This document shows, in pieces, positions 29,714 through 38,779 of a DNA stretch of 64,000 nt. The translations under genes were made by a program, and so were the position numbers. The notes under the pieces were generated by a model. That model worked only from the letters and a program-made list of their open reading frames with translations. It searched no databases and was not told where the DNA came from. The stretch comes from an uncultured Alphaproteobacteria bacterium (lineage in GTDB: Bacteria; Pseudomonadota; Alphaproteobacteria; RF32; CAG-239), in the NCBI GenBank assembly GCA_949297415.1, contig CASFSV010000007.1:4932-68931 (forward strand), written 5' to 3'. Within the stretch, counting starts at the first letter, position 1. Each line of letters opens with the position of its first letter.

Positions 29714-29859
29714 GACTTTATCCGCCTTAATTACATAAAATTTGTTTTTTCGGTTCGAAAAGTGTTTTTTATGCAAAAAAATCTTGATTCTTTTCTTCCT
29801 TTCACTTATCTTTTTTAGAGTTTTGTAATTTTTATTTTAATCATTAATCTTATTATTCT

Positions 29860-30408
29860 ATGGTACATTTAACTTTTGTTCGTTGTGCTGATTTAAATGC
29901 TTACGGCAGTATTTCTTTGGCTCACGCTAAGGCTTTATTCTTACTTTCTAAACTTGTTGTTGAAAAATGTGGAAAGCCACAAATGCTCTATGCCTCTGGT
30001 AATGATGAAGCTTTGGTTTCGGCTAAAGTGCTTAATCTTAGTTGTTCCATACACGGAATTGTCGAAACATCTGCCCTTAATCATAAGGCTTCTTCCTCGG
30101 ATACAAGAGCTTTTGTAGATTATTTGGAAAAAGAAGCTACGTTAAATAAGGTTTCCCATATTCTCTTAGTTTGCACTCATGAGGCTTTTGCTAAAATTTT
30201 TCACAAAACACCTGTGTTTGCTAATACCTATACGCTCTGTGCTCCTAATTGGGATAATATTCTTCTCAATTATCACGAAATATGGTCACCCTTTGCTACA
30301 GATGATGATGTTTCACATCCCTTGGATGAGGTCTTGAAACTGCCTTGCAGTGCTCATGATGCTTTACTTATCGAAAAAACACTTCATGAGCTCAGTCATG
30401 CTTATTAA
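29860..30408 (+). CDS. hypothetical protein
   Basis: 182-aa ORF followed by a strong terminator. No confident family. Confidence 0.5.
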   Translation: MVHLTFVRCADLNAYGSISLAHAKALFLLSKLVVEKCGKPQMLYASGNDEALVSAKVLNLSCSIHGIVETSALNHKASSSDTRAFVDYLEKEATLNKVSHILLVCTHEAFAKIFHKTPVFANTYTLCAPNWDNILLNYHEIWSPFATDDDVSHPLDEVLKLPCSAHDALLIEKTLHELSHAY

Positions 30409-30415
30409 AACAATT

Positions 30416-30451
30416 AGCCCCTGACAGATTTTTTCTGTTCAGGGGCTTTTT
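30416..30451. terminator. terminator between convergent genes
   Basis: AGCCCCTGACAG ... CTGTTCAGGGGCT followed by TTTT. Confidence 0.7.
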
Positions 30452-30476
30452 AGTTTGCTGACAATTAAATTTCCGA

Positions 30477-31085
30477 TTATCCATTTATTTGCTGTACCAA
30501 CACCGCAACGTTGGTAATAAATAATTTTACCGATATTGCCAACAAGACCATTCCGAAAAATTTCTTCATCACATATATCGTGGCACCGCTTAAATGCTTT
30601 TTGAAAAAACGTGACAACCTTATTGTTGCGTATATTGCCATGCAGTTTAGCAAAACAGCTATCAGAACGTTAATATCAGCGTATTGCGACCGAATTGCCA
30701 GTAAAGCGGTCAGCACTCCTGCGCCGACAAATAATGGGAAAACAACTGGGACAAAAGTCGCGTCACTCGAAATATCCGTTCCTTCACTCACCAAATTGAT
30801 ATCTAAAATCATCTCTAAGCTAAACAAAAAGACTATCAATGCACCGGCTATCGCAAATGACGATATATCCAAGCCAAATAACTTCAAAAATGCTTCTCCG
30901 GCATAAAAGAAAAATACCAGTAATACCAACGAGTACCAAAATGCTCGGCGGGCACTGATATGTATTCCTTTATTTTGCAAGTTAATGACTATCGGGATGT
31001 TTCCAGGTATATCCGTAATCGCTAATAATACGACAAACGCACTCAATAACTCTCGAATATTAAACTCTGAAAAGAAATTCATCAC
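30477..31085 (-). CDS. marC: MarC family (UPF0056) membrane protein
   Basis: 202 aa, 6 TM segments, N-terminal FVVLLAITDIPGNIPIV family motif. Confidence 0.75.
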   Translation of the reverse strand: MMNFFSEFNIRELLSAFVVLLAITDIPGNIPIVINLQNKGIHISARRAFWYSLVLLVFFFYAGEAFLKLFGLDISSFAIAGALIVFLFSLEMILDINLVSEGTDISSDATFVPVVFPLFVGAGVLTALLAIRSQYADINVLIAVLLNCMAIYATIRLSRFFKKHLSGATIYVMKKFFGMVLLAISVKLFITNVAVLVQQING

Positions 31086-31101
31086 AGCACCTATTTGTTA
31101 A

Positions 31102-32136
31102 TTAAATTTCATCCCATCCTTCTACCGCCGTACTCTGATTATATGACGACACATTGGCTTCAAAGAAATTGCCTTTTACATTACCTTCACCATTCGTGTC
31201 GGCGACTTTTTCTAATTGCTTATACGGATTTGTATCGTAACCTTCGTATCTCGGCTGTAGACCGATATCCTTTAACCGCTTATTGGCAATAAATTTTGTA
31301 TATTCTTCTATTGTCTTTTCGGTTATTCCAATAATATTGCCGCCAATGATATGGTTGCTCCACGCAATCTCTTGTTCTACGGCTTTATCAAACATTGTAT
31401 ATATCTCATCTTGGTTAAAAAATCCTGAATTTTCTTTCATGATTTCTCTTATCATATTCGCAAATATCACACAATGCGTTAACTCGTCACGGTTAATATA
31501 TTTTATTTCATCCGCTGTTCCTATCATTAGGCTTCTTGCCGCAAGATTATAAAAGAAATTAAACCCATTATAAAAATATACGCCTTCAAGCAAATAGTTT
31601 GCTATCAACACACGGGCGAAATTTATATCGCTCTTGTTATCAATGAAGTTCTGATAAATTTCGGCAATATATTTATTTCTTTCCAACAAAATCTTATCTT
31701 CGCGCCACTTATCATATATTTCCGCACGCTTTGCTGCCGGAATGATACTCTCTATAATATACGCATAGCTTTGAGAATGCACTGCTTCTTGGTAGGTTTG
31801 AATGGCCAAAATCAGATTAACTTCCGGCGCGGTGATATATTCACTGATGTTTGGCAAATTGTTGGTCTGAATACTATCCAGAAATACCAAAAATGATAAA
31901 ATGCCGTCATAAGCTCTCTTTTCCGATGCGGTTAGTTCTTCATATGCGCGTTTATCGTCAAACAATGACACTTTTTCCGGAATCCAAAAGTTTTCCATCA
32001 TTAAACGGTATACTTTATTCGCCCATTGATATTTTACGTTATTCAAATTGAACAGATTGGTCACATTACCACCAATCATGCGACGATTAATTATTTCATC
32101 ATTGCCTTCAATATTAAACAGTTTTTTTCTTTGCAT
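31102..32136 (-). CDS. nrdB: class I ribonucleotide reductase beta subunit
   Basis: Di-iron ligand contexts FLDSIQ and YQEAVHSQSY...; start chosen at MQRKKLF. Confidence 0.85.
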   Translation of the reverse strand: MQRKKLFNIEGNDEIINRRMIGGNVTNLFNLNNVKYQWANKVYRLMMENFWIPEKVSLFDDKRAYEELTASEKRAYDGILSFLVFLDSIQTNNLPNISEYITAPEVNLILAIQTYQEAVHSQSYAYIIESIIPAAKRAEIYDKWREDKILLERNKYIAEIYQNFIDNKSDINFARVLIANYLLEGVYFYNGFNFFYNLAARSLMIGTADEIKYINRDELTHCVIFANMIREIMKENSGFFNQDEIYTMFDKAVEQEIAWSNHIIGGNIIGITEKTIEEYTKFIANKRLKDIGLQPRYEGYDTNPYKQLEKVADTNGEGNVKGNFFEANVSSYNQSTAVEGWDEI

Positions 32137-32149
32137 TGTTCTCTCCTTA

Positions 32150-34429
32150 TTATCCCGCGCAGCTGACACATTCTTCTTTTTCCAGACTTGATCCGTCTTT
32201 TTGAATCGTTCTGGTGTAGTATAGTGTTTTAATATCTTTTTTCCATGCGCTCATAATCGTATCATATATGTCTTTGGCGCGAATATTACGATTTAAGTTA
32301 TACATCAGTTCTATGGAAATTCCCGTATCTATCCACTTATTTATGCGTGACATTACATCTATCACTGTTTCTTGACTGATGTTACGGTTTTCTTGATAGA
32401 ACCAGAATTTTTCCCGAATATACGGAGGACAGTTCGGAATAGAACCTTTACCATGTGTTTCTACAAAAAACTTGCTGTAAATCGGCAATACCGATGCCGT
32501 GCACCCTTGTATCAATGAAGAACTGGTATTTGGCGCAATCGCCGCAATTTGACTGTTACGAATGCCGTATTTTTGTAAATCCGTAAAAATTTGTGCCCAT
32601 TCCGCCGGATGTTTTGCATTTTTTGCAAACCATATTTCATCGTGGCCTAAAATAATTCCTTTGCTCCAATCCGAACCTTCATAAGCGCCGAAAGTTCCTT
32701 TAGCTTTCGCTAACTTAATTGATGCTCTGATATTGTACAATGCTATTTTTTCAAACAGCTCATCAACGTATTCTGCTGACAAAATATATGGAATATTGTT
32801 TTTAGCTAACTTATCTGCCAACCCCATTGCGCCAACACCGATGGTACGATAGCGCTTATTGTGTTGTTGTCCCTCTAAAACCGGAACTTTCGTGAAATCT
32901 ATTGCATTATCCAATAAACGAACGGATGTTTCACACACACTTTCCAATTCTTCATCAGTATCTATATTGGCTAAGTTTATGGAAACTAAATTGCACACGT
33001 GTACTAAGCCATCGGTTGCTCGTCTGGTAACTTTACCATTTTCTAAAACATCATCTTCTATGTGACTTGGGCGAACATTACTATGTGATTCCGTGCAGAG
33101 GTTTGTTCCTACGATTAGACCATCATGCTTATTGGGGTTATACTTATTCAACGTATCCTTAAAAGCAATATAAGGCATGCCGGTTTCTATTTGTGAACGC
33201 ATTACTTTTTTCAGCAATTCTTTTGCCGGATAAAACTTATATAACTCTAACTTACCAAAAGAGGCTTCTAAATACAGTTGATTATAGGCCTTTTCAAACT
33301 CTTTGCCCCAAAGATTTGCCAATTCTATGCCATATTTGCTACGAACTTCGTGCGGATCAACCATTAACCAATCTTCGTTGTTTTCCACTTTTTCCATAAA
33401 TAAATCCGGCACAACAATCTGCGGAAAAATATCATATGCTTTCATCCGTTGGTCGCCGTTTTCGGTTCTTAACTCCAAGAAATCTTCAATATCCAAATGC
33501 CACATATCCAAAGAAACGGTTACTGCCCCTTTTCTCTTGCCTTGTTGATTTACGGCCACTGCGGTATCATTCAAAATACGAATCCATGGTATAACACCTC
33601 CCGATGAGTTTTTGATCCCTTTAATTCTTGCTCCTTTGGCTCTGACACGAGAAATATTTACGCCGACGCCACCGCCAAATTTTGATATTGATGCTACTTG
33701 GTCTATCACATAAAATATGGACTCTCTTGTATCATCCATCGCTGTTATAAAGCATGAACTCAAATTGCCGTTAGGACGTCTTAAATTCATCAGAAGCGGT
33801 GTTCCCAAAGAAATTTTACGGTCTGCCAATTTTTCATATGTATCTTTGACTTTTGCCATACGTGTCGCTTTATCTTCGTTTTGCTCTATCAGCAAAGCTA
33901 TGGATAAAAACATATCTTGAGGCAATTCCACAATGTTGTCATTAAATTCGCACAAATAACGTTTGATTAAAAGATTGGCACCGGCATAATCATAAACCAT
34001 ATCAAATTCTGGTTTAATGAAGTTTGCGGCCTCTTTAATTTCTGAATTCGTATATTTTTCTTTAATAACTGAATCATAAATATTATTGCTGATAGCATAC
34101 TCTAAAAAGTGCTCGTAATTATATGGTGTTTCATTTTTGGGAATTTGACGAAGCTGTGATACTTTTTTGTAAAGAGCCAACATTTTCATACGGCCAGCCA
34201 CATTTTTCCACTCTGGCTCCTCAACCGATGTCAGATTTAGGACATTCATCGTTAACGCATTAAACAAATCCGATGTCGTCATTTCATCTTTCAAATATTC
34301 ATCCAAATTTAACAGCGGTTTGTGGGTATCAAGTTGATAACCTTTACAAACTTCATTTAACAATCTTTGGAGCTTAAATATTGAAAATTCTTCTTTCTTT
34401 CCATTTCTTTTAATTAGATTTACAGCCAT
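32150..34429 (-). CDS. nrdA: class I ribonucleotide reductase alpha subunit
   Basis: 759 aa with N-terminal ATP-cone-like LIKRNGKKEEFSIFKL, catalytic NLCTE and C-terminal CVSC pair. Confidence 0.9.
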   Translation of the reverse strand: MAVNLIKRNGKKEEFSIFKLQRLLNEVCKGYQLDTHKPLLNLDEYLKDEMTTSDLFNALTMNVLNLTSVEEPEWKNVAGRMKMLALYKKVSQLRQIPKNETPYNYEHFLEYAISNNIYDSVIKEKYTNSEIKEAANFIKPEFDMVYDYAGANLLIKRYLCEFNDNIVELPQDMFLSIALLIEQNEDKATRMAKVKDTYEKLADRKISLGTPLLMNLRRPNGNLSSCFITAMDDTRESIFYVIDQVASISKFGGGVGVNISRVRAKGARIKGIKNSSGGVIPWIRILNDTAVAVNQQGKRKGAVTVSLDMWHLDIEDFLELRTENGDQRMKAYDIFPQIVVPDLFMEKVENNEDWLMVDPHEVRSKYGIELANLWGKEFEKAYNQLYLEASFGKLELYKFYPAKELLKKVMRSQIETGMPYIAFKDTLNKYNPNKHDGLIVGTNLCTESHSNVRPSHIEDDVLENGKVTRRATDGLVHVCNLVSINLANIDTDEELESVCETSVRLLDNAIDFTKVPVLEGQQHNKRYRTIGVGAMGLADKLAKNNIPYILSAEYVDELFEKIALYNIRASIKLAKAKGTFGAYEGSDWSKGIILGHDEIWFAKNAKHPAEWAQIFTDLQKYGIRNSQIAAIAPNTSSSLIQGCTASVLPIYSKFFVETHGKGSIPNCPPYIREKFWFYQENRNISQETVIDVMSRINKWIDTGISIELMYNLNRNIRAKDIYDTIMSAWKKDIKTLYYTRTIQKDGSSLEKEECVSCAG

Positions 34430-34702
34430 TTTTCCCTCTTTGTTCAGCAGTTATTTGAGGGCAGTATAAGGATGAGTTTTGGGGCTGTAAAGTGATGGCT
34501 AAAGTTATACTAAGATTTTTTAAGTATTGTCATTACTGTTGAAAAAGAGTTTTTTTATTTATATTTTTGCATAACTAATAACCTAAATTTTATTTTATAG
34601 ATATGTTTCTAAAAATATTTTTTATGTAACTATAAGCTCTTAAAAATTTTTTTATAATTATTTTTCACAATTTCAAAAAAAATGCTTGCATTTATATTTT
34701 TT

Positions 34703-36439
34703 TTAGCATAGATATGTCTTTGCTTGAGATGATTGAGATTTTACCACAGATGATTGGGGTGTCGCCAAGTGGTAAGGCATCGGCTTTTGGTGCCGACATT
34801 CGTTGGTTCGAATCCAGCCACCCCAGCCAAACTGGAGAAGAGTTGCGTTTTTTGACGCAACTCTTTGATTTTTAAAAGCAATTTTCGGCCCGAACGATTT
34901 TGTGTTTTCATCCTTTTTATTATCTTCAATGTCTTGGTTTTCCTCGTTTTGCGAGCCTTGTAAAAATTTGCTTCTTTTTTCGTAAAAATACGCTTTTTCA
35001 AACTCGCTGAACGGAAAATTCAGCTCATACGTCAATTCTCCTTCCGTTAATATCATTTCCTTAAAAACAAATTTTAACAACAGGTGCTTCAACTCAAGAT
35101 TATCGGATTTGGCAAACACTTTTCCTGCCTGCGATGCAAGATTTATGAGATCTAATATCGTTGAAGTGAAGGCATTTCCCGTCTTTTCATAGGTTTTAAT
35201 CTTCCTTCCCATACGGTCAATTTTGAGTTGGATTTCATTGCGCTTGGTTTCAAACGTTTCTCGGTCAAGCTCTCCGTCCAAACGCAAATCAAACAAATTA
35301 TCCAATTTTGCCTTCAATTTCTCCTGTTCCTGTCTCAGTTTTCCGATTTCCTGCTGACAGTATTGTTTTTCTGAAATTTCAGCATTTTTAATCTCTTCAT
35401 ACAACGGATTTATTAAGGAATCCGGTATTTTGATACGGTTTAGGACGGTTTCTATCATGCTTAAAACATCTTGTTCCGGGATGTATCGCCTCTGCCCGGT
35501 TTTGGTGTAACAAACCACCCACGAATAGTATTTTCTTCTCAGTTGATCTTCGCAGGGACAAACCCTTCCCGTTCTTCCGCAGGTGATTAAACCTCTCAGT
35601 ACAAAAGGCTTTTGGCTGTATTTCAGCCCCGCGCCGTTATGATTGTTCAGGGCTTTTTGTTTTTGGCATTGCTCCCAAAGCTCTTGCGAAATCAGCGTCG
35701 GATAAACATGTTTGATAATGCCTCTTTTGGTTTTCATCTCGCCATAATAAAAGGGATTGTCCAATATATAGTAGATACTGGAATTGACCAGTTTTTTGCC
35801 GGCTCTGGTCTTAAGTCCCATTAAATCGGCAAAATGCACGGCTTCCAATATGCTCATCTTACCGAGAGAATAAAGTTCAAATATTTGCTTGATGATACCG
35901 GCTTCCGGTTCTTTAAGGCGAATATTATGCTTTCCCCGCTCGTCGACATAATTTTCATACCCGAGCGGCGCGACACCGCATCTTTCCCCGTTTTTGGTTT
36001 TCAACTCCGTAGAGCGGCGGACATTCTCGGAAAGTTGCAAGACATAGGCTTTGGCTCCCATGACCGAGAAGTCCCAGCGCATGATATCGGCTGAGGTGGA
36101 TTTGCTGTTTAATATCATCCCTTCGCGATAAAAATGCAGCTCAATCTTGTCTTGGCGCATCAGTTCATCAAGAAGCACGCTTTCTTTGAAACTTCTTTGC
36201 ACCCTGTCAACCGTATCGGCCACAATCGCTATGGTTTCCTTTTGTTTCTTGCAAAAATTTATCATCTCCATAAAACGCTTACGTTCGCCGCGGGTGGAAC
36301 TTTCTATAATTTCAAAACGCTTGATAACATCAAGCTCCCTTCTTTCGGCATATTCTTCCAAGCGTTTACTTTGAGCGCGCAGGCTCAATCGCTCTTCCTG
36401 CATTTTGGTTGACACGCGTGTCAGTATGACGGCTTTCAT
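34703..36439 (-). CDS. large serine recombinase (integrase)
   Basis: MKAVILTRVSTKMQ catalytic Ser context, VADTVDRVQRS, recombinase domain GVAPLGYEN, Cys cluster CGRTGRVCPCE..VVC and a C-terminal coiled coil. ATG 36439 is preceded by AGGAG. The last ~45 codons are antisense to the tRNA-Gln terminator and tRNA-Gln. Confidence 0.85.
   Translation of the reverse strand: MKAVILTRVSTKMQEERLSLRAQSKRLEEYAERRELDVIKRFEIIESSTRGERKRFMEMINFCKKQKETIAIVADTVDRVQRSFKESVLLDELMRQDKIELHFYREGMILNSKSTSADIMRWDFSVMGAKAYVLQLSENVRRSTELKTKNGERCGVAPLGYENYVDERGKHNIRLKEPEAGIIKQIFELYSLGKMSILEAVHFADLMGLKTRAGKKLVNSSIYYILDNPFYYGEMKTKRGIIKHVYPTLISQELWEQCQKQKALNNHNGAGLKYSQKPFVLRGLITCGRTGRVCPCEDQLRRKYYSWVVCYTKTGQRRYIPEQDVLSMIETVLNRIKIPDSLINPLYEEIKNAEISEKQYCQQEIGKLRQEQEKLKAKLDNLFDLRLDGELDRETFETKRNEIQLKIDRMGRKIKTYEKTGNAFTSTILDLINLASQAGKVFAKSDNLELKHLLLKFVFKEMILTEGELTYELNFPFSEFEKAYFYEKRSKFLQGSQNEENQDIEDNKKDENTKSFGPKIAFKNQRVASKNATLLQFGWGGWIRTNECRHQKPMPYHLATPQSSVVKSQSSQAKTYLC
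34755..34829 (+). tRNA. tRNA-Gln (anticodon TTG), CCA encoded
   Basis: TGGGGTGTCGCCAAGTGGTAAGGCATCGGCTTTTGGTGCCGACATTCGTTGGTTCGAATCCAGCCACCCCAGCCA. Near-identical architecture to E. coli tRNA-Gln (U1-A72, loop TTTTGGT). Confidence 0.9.
34838..34871 (+). terminator. rho-independent terminator of tRNA-Gln
   Basis: AAGAGTTGCG-ttttttga-CGCAACTCTT (10 bp) followed by TGATTTTT. Confidence 0.75.
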
Positions 36440-36575
36440 TTTCTTTAATCTCCTGTTTGATTGATAACATACACCTTGCAAAACCTGTCAGGTTGCGAAC
36501 ACCTTGTTTCAGTTCCTCCTCGGTTTTGGGAACGGATGCAATGTTTCTCAATGCTTCGGTTAAACTTATTGTCAT
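36366..36575 (-). CDS. small hypothetical ORF upstream of and overlapping the recombinase start
   Basis: 69-aa ORF overlapping the recombinase start by about 74 nt. Could be a small accessory or directionality factor, or spurious. Confidence 0.2.
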   Translation of the reverse strand: MTISLTEALRNIASVPKTEEELKQGVRNLTGFARCMLSIKQEIKENESRHTDTRVNQNAGRAIEPARSK

Positions 36576-36636
36576 TTTATCTTTCCCTTAATCGAACTCA
36601 ATCTAATATATTGTTTTGTCCTGGTTTTATTGCAAA

Positions 36637-36660
36637 GGGGGCTTATTTTTGATAAGCCCC
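36637..36660 (-). terminator. hairpin downstream of 36673-37248 gene
   Basis: GGGGCTTAT-ttttg-ATAAGCCCC. Weak U-run on the minus strand. Confidence 0.4.
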
Positions 36661-36672
36661 GGACACTTTTAA

Positions 36673-37248
36673 TTAAACCCGTTCAGAAACATATTGATTC
36701 TGTCCGTTTTGGCGGGTAGCTTCAGATTGTATGTACATTTCATGAAGCATCGGTTCAGCGGCGGCAAGCGTCCTCTGCCTTGTTTCCTCTACTTTTCGAG
36801 CATATTCTTCCTGTTTTTCCTTGGCTTTTTGCTCGCGTTCGGCTTTTTTCTTATTTTTCCGGCGCTCATTGGCTTCTTTTTTGCGTACCGCGGCATTATC
36901 AATCTCTTTAGCCAGAAAGTCGGTAATGTCCTCATTAAACTCGCCGGCCTCAACACTGTTGTAAAAATCAAACAGAAAGCTTATTTTCTGCTGAGTATCC
37001 AGCAAATCCAGTGAATAGCGGACAATGCGTTTGCCGCCCAGACGAAGCGTAAAGATTGAATTCTTTTCCGTATCAATAATCAGCTTGTTCATGCGGTTTT
37101 GCAAATTCCAGCTGTCTTCCTTGAAGTTTCTGATATTATCGGTCAACAGTTTCAAAATCCGTTCTTTGGCCGTTTCCAAGGTCAGCTTGCCTTCGTCTTT
37201 TGAGGTTTCAATCTTAAAAGCGTTATATTTTTCCAAAAAGTTTTTCAT
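36673..37248 (-). CDS. hypothetical protein with K/E-rich C-terminal tail
   Basis: ATG 37248 (MKNFLEKY) preceded by AAAGGAAAA. No family recognised. Confidence 0.55.
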   Translation of the reverse strand: MKNFLEKYNAFKIETSKDEGKLTLETAKERILKLLTDNIRNFKEDSWNLQNRMNKLIIDTEKNSIFTLRLGGKRIVRYSLDLLDTQQKISFLFDFYNSVEAGEFNEDITDFLAKEIDNAAVRKKEANERRKNKKKAEREQKAKEKQEEYARKVEETRQRTLAAAEPMLHEMYIQSEATRQNGQNQYVSERV

Positions 37249-37367
37249 TTTAATTTTCCTTTCTAAAGTAGGGTTTTTGTTAAAAAAGAGCATAATAATT
37301 CTGTATGGCGCTTTGGTATCCCCTCCGAGCCATTGGGGCTAAATATTTAATTTTGTTAGAAAATCAG

Positions 37368-37805
37368 TTAATTATGGCAATCTGTCACATAAACCACGTC
37401 ATCGGCGGCAAACGGACAGCGCTTTTCGGTTACGTAATAAAAATCTCCGGCCGCGGAAATAAAGGCATAAACACCGCGCGGGTCGGCAATGACATCTTTA
37501 TAGCGTCTGATGCCTTTGATGACAAAGCTGTCAAAATGGGTTGATACTTTTTCATAGATTTTGCGGTCATCTCCAAAAGCAAACCCGTGTTGACGTAAAA
37601 TGCCGTCCTGCTCATCAACGGTTCGGGCTTCGTCGGTATCAATGCCTTCATCGGCGGCAAATGCTGCAAAATCGGCATAACGCGCAAGCTTCCAACATCC
37701 GTATTGATGAACCGCTTCGTCTGCCACCGGCATAAATCCCTGCAATTTATTGAGCAATTCTTCCGGTGTGAAATCGGCGGTTTTGGCAACCAGTCGGTAA
37801 TGCAT
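37368..37805 (-). CDS. hypothetical protein (island backbone, GC-rich)
   Basis: ATG 37805 (MHYRLVAK) preceded by AGGAGAAAAG. Chosen over the overlapping 37430-38023 ORF, whose product is C/R/K/P-rich and looks out of frame. Confidence 0.5.
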   Translation of the reverse strand: MHYRLVAKTADFTPEELLNKLQGFMPVADEAVHQYGCWKLARYADFAAFAADEGIDTDEARTVDEQDGILRQHGFAFGDDRKIYEKVSTHFDSFVIKGIRRYKDVIADPRGVYAFISAAGDFYYVTEKRCPFAADDVVYVTDCHN

Positions 37806-38058
37806 GACTTTTCTCCTAGCAGGCAAAACGGGCAGCGTTGAGAAGATTTTTCAGGTTTTCTGCTTCTTTTTTGAAACGATATTTTTTCAGCAAAGAAGCA
37901 ATAATGTAGGTTAATATGGTCATTTTGTTTTCCTTTCGGTTTAATCGTTAAATTATGGCATTGCTGCCTGACACGGTTAGTATGAGAGAAAAACAAAACG
38001 CAAGTCAACAGATTGTTTTTCAAGGTTTTTCTCGAAACTCGTTTTTAAATGTATTTAA

Positions 38059-38457
38059 ATGGATATGTGTGGATATAGCGGGGTAAAAAGTTTTGCAGAG
38101 TTTTGCTTAAAACCGGATAATTTTGTTTCAATCAGCAAAAGAATCGCAGAATCGGATAAAAAAGTAGACATTCAGACTTCAGAAGTAGACATTGAAACAC
38201 CAAAAGTAGACATTGGACGTATCTGTAAAAATAAAATCCCTGGTATTACTGAAAAATCTATTCAACATGTTATTAAAATGTATGACAAATATACGACGGT
38301 CGGATGTTTTGGGCGCTCAGACGTTACCGCACTCTTAAACTTAAGCCCAGCCATGACATCAAGGCTGCTTAAAACCTTGTTGGATAATCACATCATTGAG
38401 CCGGTTAAAGGTTTAGGCAAAGGAAAATATCGGTTTTCGGCCAAGCATAACGATTAA
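38059..38457 (+). CDS. hypothetical winged-helix DNA-binding protein
   Basis: C-terminal DVTALLNLSPAMTSRLLKTLLDNHIIEPVKGLGKGKYRF is wHTH-like. Contains a 3x21-bp in-frame repeat (KVDIQTS EVDIETP KVDIG). Confidence 0.5.
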   Translation: MDMCGYSGVKSFAEFCLKPDNFVSISKRIAESDKKVDIQTSEVDIETPKVDIGRICKNKIPGITEKSIQHVIKMYDKYTTVGCFGRSDVTALLNLSPAMTSRLLKTLLDNHIIEPVKGLGKGKYRFSAKHND

Positions 38458-38779
38458 CATGTCCGTAAATATCTTTTTATCGCTTTACCCGCACAAATCA
38501 TAAGAAATGGAAAGGTATTACGATAAAAAATTTATCAATATTAATGAATTAATAGACAATATCATTAACTTGCAAAGACATGCTAAAGGTGTATAAAATA
38601 CGCTATGCTTAATGTGAAAGAAGAACTGCTTATAGCAGAGTAAAAAGTTTTAAAACTTTTATTGTAAAATAGGTATTTTGATAGATTTTGATTATGAATC
38701 GGAAAATTTTTGATGTTAAAAGAAATTAAACCTATATACGATATTGATTATTATAGGTTGGTTTTGAGGTAGAAAAAAG

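Noticed and set aside
34430-34700. NrdR boxes or B12 riboswitch upstream of nrdA
   Set aside because: No convincing 16-bp NrdR palindromes or B12-box were recognised in this very AT-rich leader.
37816-37923. 35-aa ORF (MTILTYIIASLLKKYRFKKEAENLKNLLNAARFAC) upstream of 37368-37805
   Set aside because: It has a weak RBS and is positioned operonically, but it is too short to support without comparative data.
37430-38023. 197-aa ORF overlapping 37368-37805
   Set aside because: The product is C/R/K/P-rich and looks like an out-of-frame shadow in a GC-rich segment. The 145-aa frame has a good RBS and normal composition.
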